Source of the DNA: a virus
Lineage: Duplodnaviria; Heunggongvirae; Uroviricota; Caudoviricetes
Strand: one strand, 5' to 3'
Virus record (IMG/VR): IMGVR_UViG_3300043399_000676
Length of the DNA: 64,000 bases
Shown here: positions 7,277 to 16,673 of the stretch, in pieces
Layout: the number at the start of each line of letters is the position of its first letter
How positions within the stretch are numbered: the first letter of the stretch is position 1
Program-made: the position numbers and the translations under genes
Notes under the pieces: generated by a model
Told to the model about the DNA's origin: nothing
The model's input: the letters and a program-made list of their open reading frames with translations, nothing else
The model's database searches: none

Positions 7277-7519
7277 ATGAAACCTTACCAAGAAATGATT
7301 CAATTCGTTGTCGATCAAATTGAAAACGGTACTCTTCGTTACACCCAGTGGGCTGCGGTTCTAATTATCGCAGAAGCATATGGAATTAGTTCTGCTATTG
7401 TAGGAGCTGACATCAAGGCTGAAAAAGAAATGCGAGAAAATGCTCTCAAAGAAGCTCGTAAAGCAGAAAATCAAAGAAGCAACGAGCAACGTAGACTAGC
7501 AAATCTGGCGCGTAAGTAA
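7277..7519 (+). CDS. hypothetical protein
   Basis: Tightly packed ORF. Confidence 0.4.
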   Translation: MKPYQEMIQFVVDQIENGTLRYTQWAAVLIIAEAYGISSAIVGADIKAEKEMRENALKEARKAENQRSNEQRRLANLARK

Positions 7520-7529
7520 GGATAATAAT

Positions 7530-8558
7530 ATGAAAAAATACGATACATTAGTTTTTATCGGTCGCTTTCAACCGGTCCATTCTGCACACCTCGAAATTAT
7601 CCGTCGAGCTACGCACCTCGCTTATCAGGTCATTGTCATCGTTGGTTCTGCTAACCAACCCCGCACTTACAAGAATCCTTTCACCTCGCAAGAACGTGAG
7701 CATATGTTGAAGGAATCTATCCAAGGCATGTCGGATCAGTTTGGATCGAACTGGTCTGTCAAGATCGAACACAATATCGACACGATTTACAATGATCAGG
7801 CTTGGGCCACCCGAGTTCAAGGTTTGGTTGCAAAGAATACCCTTCCTTCTGATAGAGTTGGTATCATCGGACATGACAAGGACCAATCTAGCGCATATCT
7901 AGGATTCTTCCCTCAATGGCCATTAGAAGAAGTTGGATTAATTGAGCCGCTAAACGCGACAAACATTAGAGAATTATACATAAAAAATGATGCGAACATG
8001 AATTTCATTAAACATGTAGTTCCTGATTCTACCTTCAACTTTCTCGTAGATTTTAGAAAAACTACGGCATTTAAGCAACTTGTCAATGAGCGAGAGTTTA
8101 TTGACACCTATAAATTGCAGTTTGCTAGTCTTAAGTACCCGCCGGTGTTTGTAACTACTGATGCAGTAGTTATTCAAAGCGGGCATGTATTGCTAGTTGA
8201 GCGTAAGTCAGAACCTGGCAAAGGACTTCTTGCACTGCCAGGTGGATTTTTAAATCAGCATGAAAGAATTGTTGACGGAGTAATTCGAGAACTAAAAGAA
8301 GAAACTAAGATCAAAGTTCCGGCAGCAGTTCTTCGAGGTAATATCAAAAAAATAGAAGTATTTGACCACCCTGATCGTTCTCTTAGGGGAAGAACAATTA
8401 CACATGCATGTTTTATTGAACTTCCACATGGAGAATTACCAAAAGTAAAAGGCAGCGACGATGCCAAAACTGCAAATTGGTATCCTCTTAGCGAGATTGA
8501 CTCGTCAAATATGTTCGAAGATCATTATCAAATTATTCAAACAATGTTAGGGAGTTAA
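7530..8558 (+). CDS. natV: bifunctional NMN adenylyltransferase / Nudix ADP-ribose pyrophosphatase (NadM-Nudix)
   Basis: N-terminal nucleotidyltransferase motif FIGRFQPVHSAH; C-terminal Nudix box GGFLNQHERIVDGVIRELKEET; sits with nadV as in KVP40-type phages. Confidence 0.8.
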   Translation: MKKYDTLVFIGRFQPVHSAHLEIIRRATHLAYQVIVIVGSANQPRTYKNPFTSQEREHMLKESIQGMSDQFGSNWSVKIEHNIDTIYNDQAWATRVQGLVAKNTLPSDRVGIIGHDKDQSSAYLGFFPQWPLEEVGLIEPLNATNIRELYIKNDANMNFIKHVVPDSTFNFLVDFRKTTAFKQLVNEREFIDTYKLQFASLKYPPVFVTTDAVVIQSGHVLLVERKSEPGKGLLALPGGFLNQHERIVDGVIRELKEETKIKVPAAVLRGNIKKIEVFDHPDRSLRGRTITHACFIELPHGELPKVKGSDDAKTANWYPLSEIDSSNMFEDHYQIIQTMLGS

Positions 8559-9565
8559 GCGTAACGCACTTCCCAAAATTTATCGTTTAATTTTTTTCTA
8601 CCGGCTAATCTGTTGCTTATTGCGGGGTGTTTAACTCCAAAATAAGCAGCAGCCGCATTCACTGAATGAAACCTTATTCCATTCACGATCACTGCTTTAA
8701 ATGCAGGCCGTCGTGCTTTGTTAAGATTTTCAACATGTTCAGGTGTTCGTTCTATACCCTTTAATGCAGTTGAAATGTTTTTCTTGTGTTGTTCTGTTTT
8801 CGATTTGCCAGTATGACTCCTTCTTATCTTTTCTCTAATCTCATCTTTAACCTTAATTCCTTCAGAATGGTGTTTATATAAATGACGATTTGAATGAAAT
8901 TCACTAGTAGTAATTTTTACACGTTCGCTAGTTTTTATCAAAGTAACAAATATAAATCCCTCAGCATGATGCTTGTAAAGGTGTTTATTTCTATGATATT
9001 CTTTAGTATCGACTATAGTTGTAATTCCGCTTTTTATTTCCGTAACAACTAATCGTCCTTCTAACACTCCAGTATATCTGTCAGGCTGATTAATAAACTC
9101 TTCCGATGTGATCTGTACGGTTTCTCCAGTGTTACAGTCAATAACAGACACCATTCCGGAAGAATCAAACTTTGCATCTCCCGTTGACTTGTTAATGAAT
9201 TTCGGATTTTTTGCTGCATTGAGTTTTTGTAAAACACGCTGCTCCCATTTTTTACATAATTCTATTCGTTCTTTTTCGAGTAAATCTCCCGAAAAGATTT
9301 TTCTAATTTGTATTACATCTGGATCACCATATTTGGTAAAAATTTCTTTAACGTACTTAGACGATGTAAAATAAGATTTCCAAAAATCTGACGGATGACA
9401 ATTCTTAGCAGTCCGCCGACCATAATAAAATTTATTATGAGATTTCCATCCTATTAAGTATGTATATGGAGTTGTCATAAAATATTCCTTCTTTCTTGTA
9501 TTTATCTGACAATGTTTTTTGTTGACAATAAAGCATCTTAGTAGTATAATTTTACACATGTACAT
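8555..9565 (-). CDS. GIY-YIG-family homing endonuclease (free-standing, minus strand)
   Basis: N-terminus YTYLIGWKSHNKFYYGRRT is GIY-YIG-like; C-terminal basic DNA-binding tail; the only convincing minus-strand gene; RBS AAGGAATAT. Confidence 0.55.
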   Translation of the reverse strand: MYMCKIILLRCFIVNKKHCQINTRKKEYFMTTPYTYLIGWKSHNKFYYGRRTAKNCHPSDFWKSYFTSSKYVKEIFTKYGDPDVIQIRKIFSGDLLEKERIELCKKWEQRVLQKLNAAKNPKFINKSTGDAKFDSSGMVSVIDCNTGETVQITSEEFINQPDRYTGVLEGRLVVTEIKSGITTIVDTKEYHRNKHLYKHHAEGFIFVTLIKTSERVKITTSEFHSNRHLYKHHSEGIKVKDEIREKIRRSHTGKSKTEQHKKNISTALKGIERTPEHVENLNKARRPAFKAVIVNGIRFHSVNAAAAYFGVKHPAISNRLAGRKKLNDKFWEVRYA

Positions 9566-9577
9566 AGAGAGGTTGTA

Positions 9578-9775
9578 ATGAACGAACTAATCAGAAAGTT
9601 TGCAGAACAATCTGAAGGTGATACTATATGCGAATGTGGCTCAACCGGTTTTGATTACAAAAAGTTCGCCGAGTTGATTGTGAGGGAATGTTGTGATATT
9701 TTTGTTGAACTTAGAACTCGCCCCGCTGACTTGGCTGTGAAAGATGTAAAGAAACATTTCGGAGTTGAAGAATGA
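9578..9775 (+). CDS. small protein, FAELI-xx-EC paralogue family
   Basis: KFAELIVRECCDIF motif; ends FGVEE like the ORF at 10621. Confidence 0.5.
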   Translation: MNELIRKFAEQSEGDTICECGSTGFDYKKFAELIVRECCDIFVELRTRPADLAVKDVKKHFGVEE

Positions 9776-9963
9776 ATTTCAAATATCTAATTTGGGCAAG
9801 TGTACTGATGATTGCTCTTGGCAGTATGCTAATGATTACGGCTGCATCGATGCGAGAGGATGAAATCAAACAGCAATGCGAAAATGTAGAGCATGGAAAG
9901 TTTTTAACTGTTCGCAACAAAAGCCTTTGTCTGAAGTCTGACGCTATTATTTGGATTAAATGA
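9772..9963 (+). CDS. small membrane protein
   Basis: ATGA overlap with the upstream gene; one hydrophobic helix. Confidence 0.4.
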   Translation: MNFKYLIWASVLMIALGSMLMITAASMREDEIKQQCENVEHGKFLTVRNKSLCLKSDAIIWIK

Positions 9964-10211
9964 TGAATGAACGAATTGCGAAGCTCGCAGAGCAATGCAC
10001 TGTCAGTTGCATCGATGGGCGAGGTGTTGAACTTAATGAAATAGATGTAGAGAAGTTCGCCGAGTTGATTGCACAAGAATGCATTGATATTCTTTCGCGC
10101 CCGCCTGCTGCCATGTTAGGAAAGGTTAAACTGAATAGATATAATCAAGGCTGGGTCAATGGAAGGTTGCTCGGTATAGAACATATCAAAGAAAATTTCG
10201 GGATCAAATAG
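9960..10211 (+). CDS. small protein, FAELI-xx-EC paralogue family
   Basis: MNERIAKLAEQ…KFAELIAQECIDIL, parallel to the ORF at 5457. Confidence 0.5.
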   Translation: MMNERIAKLAEQCTVSCIDGRGVELNEIDVEKFAELIAQECIDILSRPPAAMLGKVKLNRYNQGWVNGRLLGIEHIKENFGIK

Positions 10212-10309
10212 ATGAAAGTATTTTGGATGTCGTGTGCGGAGTGTTCTATGACACAGCCGATGCAGCCATGTGAGGCTTGTGTAAATTTCTACACTAGGAA
10301 GAGTACCAA

Positions 10310-10621
10310 ATGAAACCTCGCAAACTAAAAGTATTTATCAAATGGCAGTTCAATCAGATGTCTGGTTGGGTTAAAGAACGCAATGAGTTTTACGAAAAAC
10401 TAGTAATCGAAGATGCATGGTGGGCTGCACTACCTACCATTATGATTGGTATAGTGGTAGCTATTCCGCTAACGGTAGTATCAAGTATGTTTGGTGTTTC
10501 TGTGCAACTTTTTGTTTGGCTTTGGGCAATGGTAGGGTTGCTATTAATTGGCAACTACGTTAGAATTTTGCTCAAACAACAATATAAAAAGTTTCTAAAG
10601 GAAACGGGAGCTAAAGAATAA
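10310..10621 (+). CDS. membrane protein
   Basis: Two predicted transmembrane helices. Confidence 0.4.
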   Translation: MKPRKLKVFIKWQFNQMSGWVKERNEFYEKLVIEDAWWAALPTIMIGIVVAIPLTVVSSMFGVSVQLFVWLWAMVGLLLIGNYVRILLKQQYKKFLKETGAKE

Positions 10622-10839
10622 TGAATCCACGAGTTAAAGAACTAGCAAAACAATCTGGTTTTTATTTCTATGATCTACACAATATTGATGGACAAGATTA
10701 TGGTGAAACTATCGAAGCTGATAGCTGGACTGCCGCAGAAAAGTTCGCCAAGTTGATTATTCAGGAATGCATCGATATTGCTCACACAGAAGGTGACAAA
10801 ATTGATTATCTAAAAAACTATTTCGGAGTTGAGGAATGA
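10621..10839 (+). CDS. small protein, FAELI-xx-EC paralogue family
   Basis: KFAKLIIQECIDIA…YFGVEE. Confidence 0.5.
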   Translation: MNPRVKELAKQSGFYFYDLHNIDGQDYGETIEADSWTAAEKFAKLIIQECIDIAHTEGDKIDYLKNYFGVEE

Positions 10840-11240
10840 AAATCGGAGTAACAGGCACTAGAGAAGGAGCGACAGATCGTCAAATCCTTGATGTCATTAA
10901 CTACATGATTTCTCTCGGATATGACAATGAGCTTCACCACGGAGATTGCCAAGGTGTAGATATTCAAGTTGCTGCTATTGCCAAACAACTGAACTGGCGA
11001 ATTGTTTGTCATCCGCCCGAATCAGATTACCTCAGAGGATTCTTTGAATACGATGAGTGCAGAGAACCAAAAGGTTATCTAGCCAGAGATCGTGCAATCG
11101 TAAATGAAGCTGAATTGTTGATAGTCGTTCCTCTACAAGACGAATGGCAACCCAAAGGGGGCACCTGGTACACTCACGATTATGCGGTAAAGACTGGTAA
11201 ACCAGTAAAAATATTCTTTCCTAACAAGGAAAATAAATAG
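10836..11240 (+). CDS. SLOG/DprA-like Rossmann-fold protein (DUF2493/YspA-like)
   Basis: IGVTGTREGAT…HHGDCQGVDIQVAAIA…GGTWYTHDYAVKTGKPV pattern typical of SLOG/DprA nucleotide-binding folds; lies between natV and nadV. Confidence 0.45.
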   Translation: MKIGVTGTREGATDRQILDVINYMISLGYDNELHHGDCQGVDIQVAAIAKQLNWRIVCHPPESDYLRGFFEYDECREPKGYLARDRAIVNEAELLIVVPLQDEWQPKGGTWYTHDYAVKTGKPVKIFFPNKENK

Positions 11241-11270
11241 TTGACATAGAAATAACATGGTGTTATAATA
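11241..11270 (+). promoter_or_regulatory. sigma70 promoter (TTGACA-18-TATAAT) for nadV
   Basis: Consensus hexamers upstream of RBS AAAGGAG. Confidence 0.55.
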
Positions 11271-11324
11271 TGTTTTAAGTCGTAGAGATAGACTCTACGC
11301 AATCAAAAGTAAAGGAGTTTTACT

Positions 11325-12719
11325 ATGAATTTTGCATCCAATATTATCCTCAACACCGATTCCTATAAAGTTTCGATGTTCAAACAGTACCCCGAAGGTA
11401 CTACTGGTGTTTACTCTTACATTGAATCCCGAGGCGGTCGCTATGATCGTACCGTTTTCTTCGGACTTCAGGCGTTCATCAAGGAGTACTTGCTTGCACC
11501 AATCACTCAAGACCAAATTGATTTTGCAGCGGAAATTCTCACCGCGCACGGTGTCCCGTTCAACCGCGAAGGTTGGGAATACATTCTCAAAGAACACAAA
11601 GGATACCTCCCCGTCGTTATTCGTGCCGTTCCTGAAGGTACGATTGTCCCGACCAAAAATGTTTTGGCGACTATTGAAAACACTGACCCGAAATGTTTCT
11701 GGCTGACTACTTGGCTGGAGACTGCGCTGCTTCGTGCAATTTGGTATCCCACTACTGTTGCTAGTCAAAGCCGTGCAATCAAAGAGGTTATCCTCGACTA
11801 TCTGGAGAAAACTGGTGATCCTTCTACTATCGACTTTAAACTTCATGATTTCGGTGCTCGCGGTGTATCTTCTATGGAATCCGCCGGGATTGGTGGCGCG
11901 GCACATCTCGTTAACTTCATGGGGAGTGATACTATCACTGGCGTTTTGTTTGCTCGTCAGTATTACAACGCTGGTGTTGCCGGGTTTAGTATCCCTGCCA
12001 TGGAACACTCCACTGTGACCAGTTGGGGTCGTGAAAATGAGGTAAAAGCCTATGAAAATATGGTCGCTCAGTATGCTAAGCCTGGCGCTATTCTGGCTGC
12101 TGTTTCGGATAGCTACGATATCTACAACGCAGCGTCCGCCCTCTGGGGTGAAGCTCTTCGTCAACGTGTTATTGACAGTGGCGCCACCGTTGTTATTCGT
12201 CCTGACAGCGGTGATCCTGTTGAAGTGAACGCCAAGCTGATCCAGATCCTTGCAGACAAGTTCGGCTACACTGTGAACGACAAAGGGTACAAGGTTCTGA
12301 ACAACGTTCGCATCATCCAAGGTGATGGTGTCAATGAACTGACAATCCGCACTATTCTTAGTAATTTTCTGGTGCATGGTTGGAGTGCTGACAACATTGC
12401 ATTCGGAATGGGAGGTGCTCTGCTTCAGCAAGTTGATCGTGACACCCAGAAGTTCGCCATGAAGTGCTCTGCGGCTCTGGTGAATGGTGAATGGATTGAC
12501 GTTCAAAAAGATCCGATTACTGACAGTGGTAAAAAGTCCAAAGCAGGTCGAGTTGGTCTTTGGGTCAGCGGCGGTGAATACGAAAGTCGTGTCGGTCCCC
12601 CGCTTCGGTGGGTTGACAAAGGCATCGTTTGGGAGAATGCTCTTAAAGAGGTTTATCGTGACGGTAAGCTGATTAACGAGATTTCTTTTGCTGAGGTTCG
12701 TGCAAATAGCAATCGATAA
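11325..12719 (+). CDS. nadV: nicotinamide phosphoribosyltransferase (NAMPT)
   Basis: 464 aa; NAMPT motifs DFGARGVSS and SDSYDIYN, plus C-terminal GGALLQ; followed by a terminator. Confidence 0.85.
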   Translation: MNFASNIILNTDSYKVSMFKQYPEGTTGVYSYIESRGGRYDRTVFFGLQAFIKEYLLAPITQDQIDFAAEILTAHGVPFNREGWEYILKEHKGYLPVVIRAVPEGTIVPTKNVLATIENTDPKCFWLTTWLETALLRAIWYPTTVASQSRAIKEVILDYLEKTGDPSTIDFKLHDFGARGVSSMESAGIGGAAHLVNFMGSDTITGVLFARQYYNAGVAGFSIPAMEHSTVTSWGRENEVKAYENMVAQYAKPGAILAAVSDSYDIYNAASALWGEALRQRVIDSGATVVIRPDSGDPVEVNAKLIQILADKFGYTVNDKGYKVLNNVRIIQGDGVNELTIRTILSNFLVHGWSADNIAFGMGGALLQQVDRDTQKFAMKCSAALVNGEWIDVQKDPITDSGKKSKAGRVGLWVSGGEYESRVGPPLRWVDKGIVWENALKEVYRDGKLINEISFAEVRANSNR

Positions 12720-12727
12720 ACAATAAC

Positions 12728-12750
12728 GGGGAGACGATCTCCCCATTTTT
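12728..12750 (+). terminator. rho-independent terminator
   Basis: GGGGAGA-cga-TCTCCCC followed by T5. Confidence 0.7.
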
Positions 12751-12761
12751 AACTTCATAGT

Positions 12762-13292
12762 ATGAATCCTAAATATACAAAATACTTATTTTCAAAATAC
12801 GAACCCCTGTATCAGGGACATAAAAAACCAGTAACGCAAAATTTAATGAGTTTTGGGTTCGAGTGTGGTGATGGCTGGTTTAGAATAATTAACAACCTAA
12901 GTCACTTGCTCTGCTCAGACTGGTTAGAGGCTTTACAAAAGTTAAGACTTGTTGAAGGTAGAGTAGGGGAATTAATTTACCCCAATTGGAAAAAAAGCGA
13001 GTATAATAAAATTATCACCAATCAGATGGTTGATGAAGCTATTAACAACTTGGAAAGTTCTAAATTGGGTGTTCCCAATGCAGTTCAGGTAAAAGAAAAG
13101 TTTGGTTCTTTGAGATTTTACTGTTATAATACAACTGAGATCCAAGAGGCTTACATTAGGTCAGCAGAATTTATGTCTGCTGTTACTTGTGAAGTTTGTG
13201 GATCCCCTGGTAAAATAAATCGAGATGGTGGTTGGCTTCGCTGTCTTTGCAAAAAGCATAGGAAAGAAGAAAATGGAGTCAAAGACGTTTAA
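12762..13292 (+). CDS. hypothetical protein with C-terminal zinc ribbon
   Basis: CEVCGSPGK…CLCKKH. Confidence 0.45.
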   Translation: MNPKYTKYLFSKYEPLYQGHKKPVTQNLMSFGFECGDGWFRIINNLSHLLCSDWLEALQKLRLVEGRVGELIYPNWKKSEYNKIITNQMVDEAINNLESSKLGVPNAVQVKEKFGSLRFYCYNTTEIQEAYIRSAEFMSAVTCEVCGSPGKINRDGGWLRCLCKKHRKEENGVKDV

Positions 13293-13632
13293 GGAGATCG
13301 TTGACCTTATCGAAAAGCAATCTGAAGAAAAATGGAATGCTTTATCAAAGGAGGATCAATTAGATTATTTTTGTGCAGTATCACGGCGTATTATCAAGGG
13401 AGAAATCGAACAAAAAGGAACATATCGATACGTTCTTTATAATGTGTTTGGGTTTGGACCTGAAGCATATATGCCTGCGCAAATGGCAGGATATCTTTCT
13501 ATTCACAATGCAATCTATAGTTCGGAACATGAGCGTAAATTGCTAGAGGGATTTTTGCAGTATATTTGCAAAAAATACAATATGACGTATAATGATGAAG
13601 ACATTACCTCTTTCTACGAACAAACACTATGA
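13273..13632 (+). CDS. hypothetical protein
   Basis: RBS AGGAAAGAAG then ATG at 13273, overlapping the upstream 3' end. Confidence 0.4.
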   Translation: MESKTFKEIVDLIEKQSEEKWNALSKEDQLDYFCAVSRRIIKGEIEQKGTYRYVLYNVFGFGPEAYMPAQMAGYLSIHNAIYSSEHERKLLEGFLQYICKKYNMTYNDEDITSFYEQTL

Positions 13633-14195
13633 ACATTTTCTATTTGGATTCTGACCCAAAACTCGCAGCACAATATCATAACGACAAGCACACGGTCAAG
13701 ATGATTCTGGAGTATTCGCAACTCCTGTCTACTGCCCATCGGCTCATCGATGGCAAGCCAGTTGCTGCTAAGACTAAGACTGGTCGAAACATTAAACGTT
13801 GGCAGTTGAATGATCTTCGTGACGGTATTCTCTATACTGCTACGCATGCCAATCATCCTTCTGCTATCTGGGTTCGTCAGTCAGTCTACAACTATCGTTG
13901 GTTGCACAATCTTCTTTTAGAACTTCTGGAAGAATACACTTACAGGTACGGCAAGAATCATAAATGCGAGACTATTGCCCATTATCTGACTATGGCTCCG
14001 TTTGGTATGGAAATTGGTTCGTTCACTGAGCCTACCCCTGCTATGCCCGACGAGTGCAAGGTCGCAGGTAATTCTGTGCAATCGTATCGTAACTATTACA
14101 ACATGCGTAAGCAGCATATTGCTTCTTGGAAAGGCAAGGTAAATTCTCGTTCCGCACCGAGTTGGTTTATTCCTGAGGTAAGTGATGTATCGTAG
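13629..14195 (+). CDS. hypothetical protein
   Basis: ATGA-coupled start. Confidence 0.45.
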   Translation: MNIFYLDSDPKLAAQYHNDKHTVKMILEYSQLLSTAHRLIDGKPVAAKTKTGRNIKRWQLNDLRDGILYTATHANHPSAIWVRQSVYNYRWLHNLLLELLEEYTYRYGKNHKCETIAHYLTMAPFGMEIGSFTEPTPAMPDECKVAGNSVQSYRNYYNMRKQHIASWKGKVNSRSAPSWFIPEVSDVS

Positions 14196-14988
14196 CCATT
14201 GGAACTGCACTAAGTTTGCAGCAAAGATTAGAGGAGTTGCTAAGCCCAAAGCGGCTACAATGGAAGAATGGGATGCGTGGCATCAAGAAGCTAAATCCAT
14301 GCATCCTGTTCGCTATTGGATAGCGGAAGAAGGACTTAAAAAGCTACAGCACCTAGTGCTTGCACCTCGGCGAATCTTAGATGACCTTCAATGCTATATT
14401 TCAAATAGGTTTGTTGTAAAGACTCATGCATTGACCTCTACTTTGAAGAGAGGACAGTGGCATGAGTTTGAGGAAAGACTCCTTTATTGCATGTTTGATG
14501 AATTAGTCAATTATGTAGAAGGTGAACTTGCCTGGAAGAATCTCATTACTGATGATGACGTTCGTAAGAAATATGGTATTCCTAAATTCTTCAGTTTTCG
14601 CAGCTGGCGAAATCCTAAGCTAGGGCTTGACTATCTTAATTGGGAAACTACTCTAGTTATGGATGAATCTTGTGGATTGTCTCCTGAGGATCATAACTAT
14701 GGTAAACCAACCAGACAGTCTGAGACTGCACAAACGATTCTAAAGTTGTATATGTGGTGGAAGTATGAGCGTCCTAATAGGCCAGATCCTTATGAATTAT
14801 CTGGATGGCGTGAAATTTGTGCAAAGAGACCTAGAGGGAAACTTTTCTATATGGAAAAAACTACAGAAGAAAAACAAAATACTAAGGAAGCACTAGACAA
14901 ACTTCAAGAAATTGAAGAACAGTACAACAACGAGGACACCTCGATGATGATCGAGCTAATCAAACTTCGAAAAGGAATTTGGACGTGA
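14182..14988 (+). CDS. hypothetical protein
   Basis: 268-aa ORF in an operon context. Confidence 0.45.
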   Translation: MMYRSHWNCTKFAAKIRGVAKPKAATMEEWDAWHQEAKSMHPVRYWIAEEGLKKLQHLVLAPRRILDDLQCYISNRFVVKTHALTSTLKRGQWHEFEERLLYCMFDELVNYVEGELAWKNLITDDDVRKKYGIPKFFSFRSWRNPKLGLDYLNWETTLVMDESCGLSPEDHNYGKPTRQSETAQTILKLYMWWKYERPNRPDPYELSGWREICAKRPRGKLFYMEKTTEEKQNTKEALDKLQEIEEQYNNEDTSMMIELIKLRKGIWT

Positions 14989-15356
14989 ACAAACTTAGGA
15001 TTAAGTATCTTTTAAAGACATTTGTTACGCCACTTTGTTGGATCAGAAATTATCGTACAGACACTTACTGGGATAAGCAGTTGTGGGGTCTTGTCTCTAA
15101 TCTACAAAACTTCGAGGCTATTGGATCACATACGGCACTCATTGCTGGAAATATTGTCTGGATTGAAAACTATCCATATGCGTCAGGATGCAAACAAATA
15201 AATGGGTTTTCGAATAGCGATTCATGTGGTCGAGCCACGGCACTTTTTCTGCACGATCAGCTTAAGAAGGCTAAGGTTCTCCTTTTGTTAAAAGGGATTG
15301 ACAAAGAGACATCGGATCATTTGATCTTCGCTCATAAAATTGAAGATTTCAATTGA
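14979..15356 (+). CDS. hypothetical protein
   Basis: Overlaps the upstream stop. Confidence 0.35.
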   Translation: MDVNKLRIKYLLKTFVTPLCWIRNYRTDTYWDKQLWGLVSNLQNFEAIGSHTALIAGNIVWIENYPYASGCKQINGFSNSDSCGRATALFLHDQLKKAKVLLLLKGIDKETSDHLIFAHKIEDFN

Positions 15357-15412
15357 CATTTAATTAATTTGGAAGTATAATTCATACTTAATTATTCTTG
15401 AGTGAAAATTAG
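15353..15412 (+). promoter_or_regulatory. early promoter (TTGACA-17-TATAAT) with ATTAATTTGG spacer motif
   Basis: Spacer ATTAATTTGG shared with the promoters at 5150, 15685 and 34229. Confidence 0.55.
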
Positions 15413-15490
15413 ATGACTCAAACTATTCTAATTCTTCTTGCTCCTTTTGCAATCATGCTGGGTGCAATCATTATTAAAGGTGAGTGGTAA
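15413..15490 (+). CDS. 25-aa hydrophobic peptide (MTQTILILLAPFAIMLGAIIIKGEW)
   Basis: ATG after the promoter leader; single transmembrane-like helix; too short for the ORF track. Confidence 0.3.
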   Translation: MTQTILILLAPFAIMLGAIIIKGEW

Positions 15491-15491
15491 T

Positions 15492-15695
15492 ATGCGAGTT
15501 TACATCGAACCTAGGCGCGAAGAAGGCTGGCTTCTTCAAATCAAGACTGAAACAAAAGAAACGATTCGATATGTTATTCCCGCTGAGGGAAAGTTCAGAA
15601 TGGTCAATCCATACGACACCATCAATCCTAGGGGCGTCGTTTGTGAAACGCTTGAACTAGCAATCGAGGAAGCTAAAAAAACGGTTGACAATTAA
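15492..15695 (+). CDS. hypothetical protein
   Basis: RBS GGTGAG then ATG at 15492. Confidence 0.4.
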   Translation: MRVYIEPRREEGWLLQIKTETKETIRYVIPAEGKFRMVNPYDTINPRGVVCETLELAIEEAKKTVDN

Positions 15696-15738
15696 TTAAT
15701 TTGGATGTATAATAGCTTCATACACTGAGAAAACGGAG
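15685..15738 (+). promoter_or_regulatory. early promoter plus conserved leader module, copy C
   Basis: TTGACA-17-TATAAT plus AGCTTCATACACTGAGAAAACGGAG. Confidence 0.65.
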
Positions 15739-15743
15739 TTAAG

Positions 15744-16019
15744 ATGAGCAAAGCAAAGTTCGTTGAAGTCACTTTTCGCTGCTATAACGATGCAGGTGGT
15801 TTCGGTCCGAAACAGCATCATTATGAAGCCACTGTCTTCGTTACAGACCGTACGCAAATTCGTCTGCGGTTGCGCGAGGGCTTTGCAAAGGACATGAAAC
15901 CCGTCGAGACTGCGGGAGCAGGTGTCACTGTGACGGTGGATGGTGTGTGTTATACGCCCATCGAGAACTACAACACGGTGTACGCAAAAGTTACTGAAGC
16001 ACTCAATCAGGTTCTCTAA
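15744..16019 (+). CDS. hypothetical protein
   Basis: ATG after leader copy C. Confidence 0.5.
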   Translation: MSKAKFVEVTFRCYNDAGGFGPKQHHYEATVFVTDRTQIRLRLREGFAKDMKPVETAGAGVTVTVDGVCYTPIENYNTVYAKVTEALNQVL

Positions 16020-16046
16020 AGGTTAAATTAACAAAAGGAGCGGATC

Positions 16047-16670
16047 ATGCGTATGAAGTACCCTCGTACCCCGCATCTTCCTTTTAGTAAAGGGAGGACG
16101 AGCGATGACAAAGTTCTGCCCTCCCTGTCTCACTTTGAGGGTCGTGAAATCGTTGTGACTATCAAGATGGATGGTGAGAACACCAGCATCTATCGTGATG
16201 GATTTCATGCTCGCAGCTTGGATAGTCGTCATCATCCTAGTCGAGACTGGCTTGCTCGCTTTCAGGCTACGATTGGACACGATATCCCCGAAGGATATCG
16301 TATCTGCGGTGAAAATGTGTATGCTCGTCATTCGGTTGCATACGACAATTTGCCTAGCTACTTTATGGGGTTTAGTGTCTGGGACGGCGAACGTGCCCTT
16401 AGCTGGGATGACACCCTTGAGTTCTTTGAACTTTTGGGGATCACTCCCGTCAAGGAACTGTATCGCGGTGTGTTCGATCAAAAAGTTCTGGAGCAACTGG
16501 CAAAAGACTTTGACACGGAAGCTAACGAAGGATTTGTGGTTCGTGTCGTTGATTCGTTTCAATACAAAGAATTTGGTAAGTCAGTAGCAAAGTGGGTTCG
16601 TTCTAATCATGTTCAGACTGATGAACATTGGATGCACTCTGCTATTGTCCCCAACGCACTTAAGGATTAA
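16047..16670 (+). CDS. Rnl2-like polynucleotide ligase/adenylyltransferase (nucleotidyltransferase domain only)
   Basis: KYPRTPHL…EIVVTIKMDGENTSI matches the T4 Rnl2 N-terminal and motif I (KxDG); 207 aa, no C-terminal domain. Confidence 0.5.
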   Translation: MRMKYPRTPHLPFSKGRTSDDKVLPSLSHFEGREIVVTIKMDGENTSIYRDGFHARSLDSRHHPSRDWLARFQATIGHDIPEGYRICGENVYARHSVAYDNLPSYFMGFSVWDGERALSWDDTLEFFELLGITPVKELYRGVFDQKVLEQLAKDFDTEANEGFVVRVVDSFQYKEFGKSVAKWVRSNHVQTDEHWMHSAIVPNALKD

Positions 16671-16673
16671 AAA

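Noticed and set aside
11295-12758. 487-aa ORF on the − strand
   Set aside because: It is exactly antisense to nadV, which has clear NAMPT motifs, a promoter, an RBS and a terminator on the + strand. It has no RBS and a low-complexity translation. A shadow ORF.
16023-16562. 179-aa − strand ORF
   Set aside because: Antisense to the Rnl2-like gene, which has a KxDG motif and an RBS.
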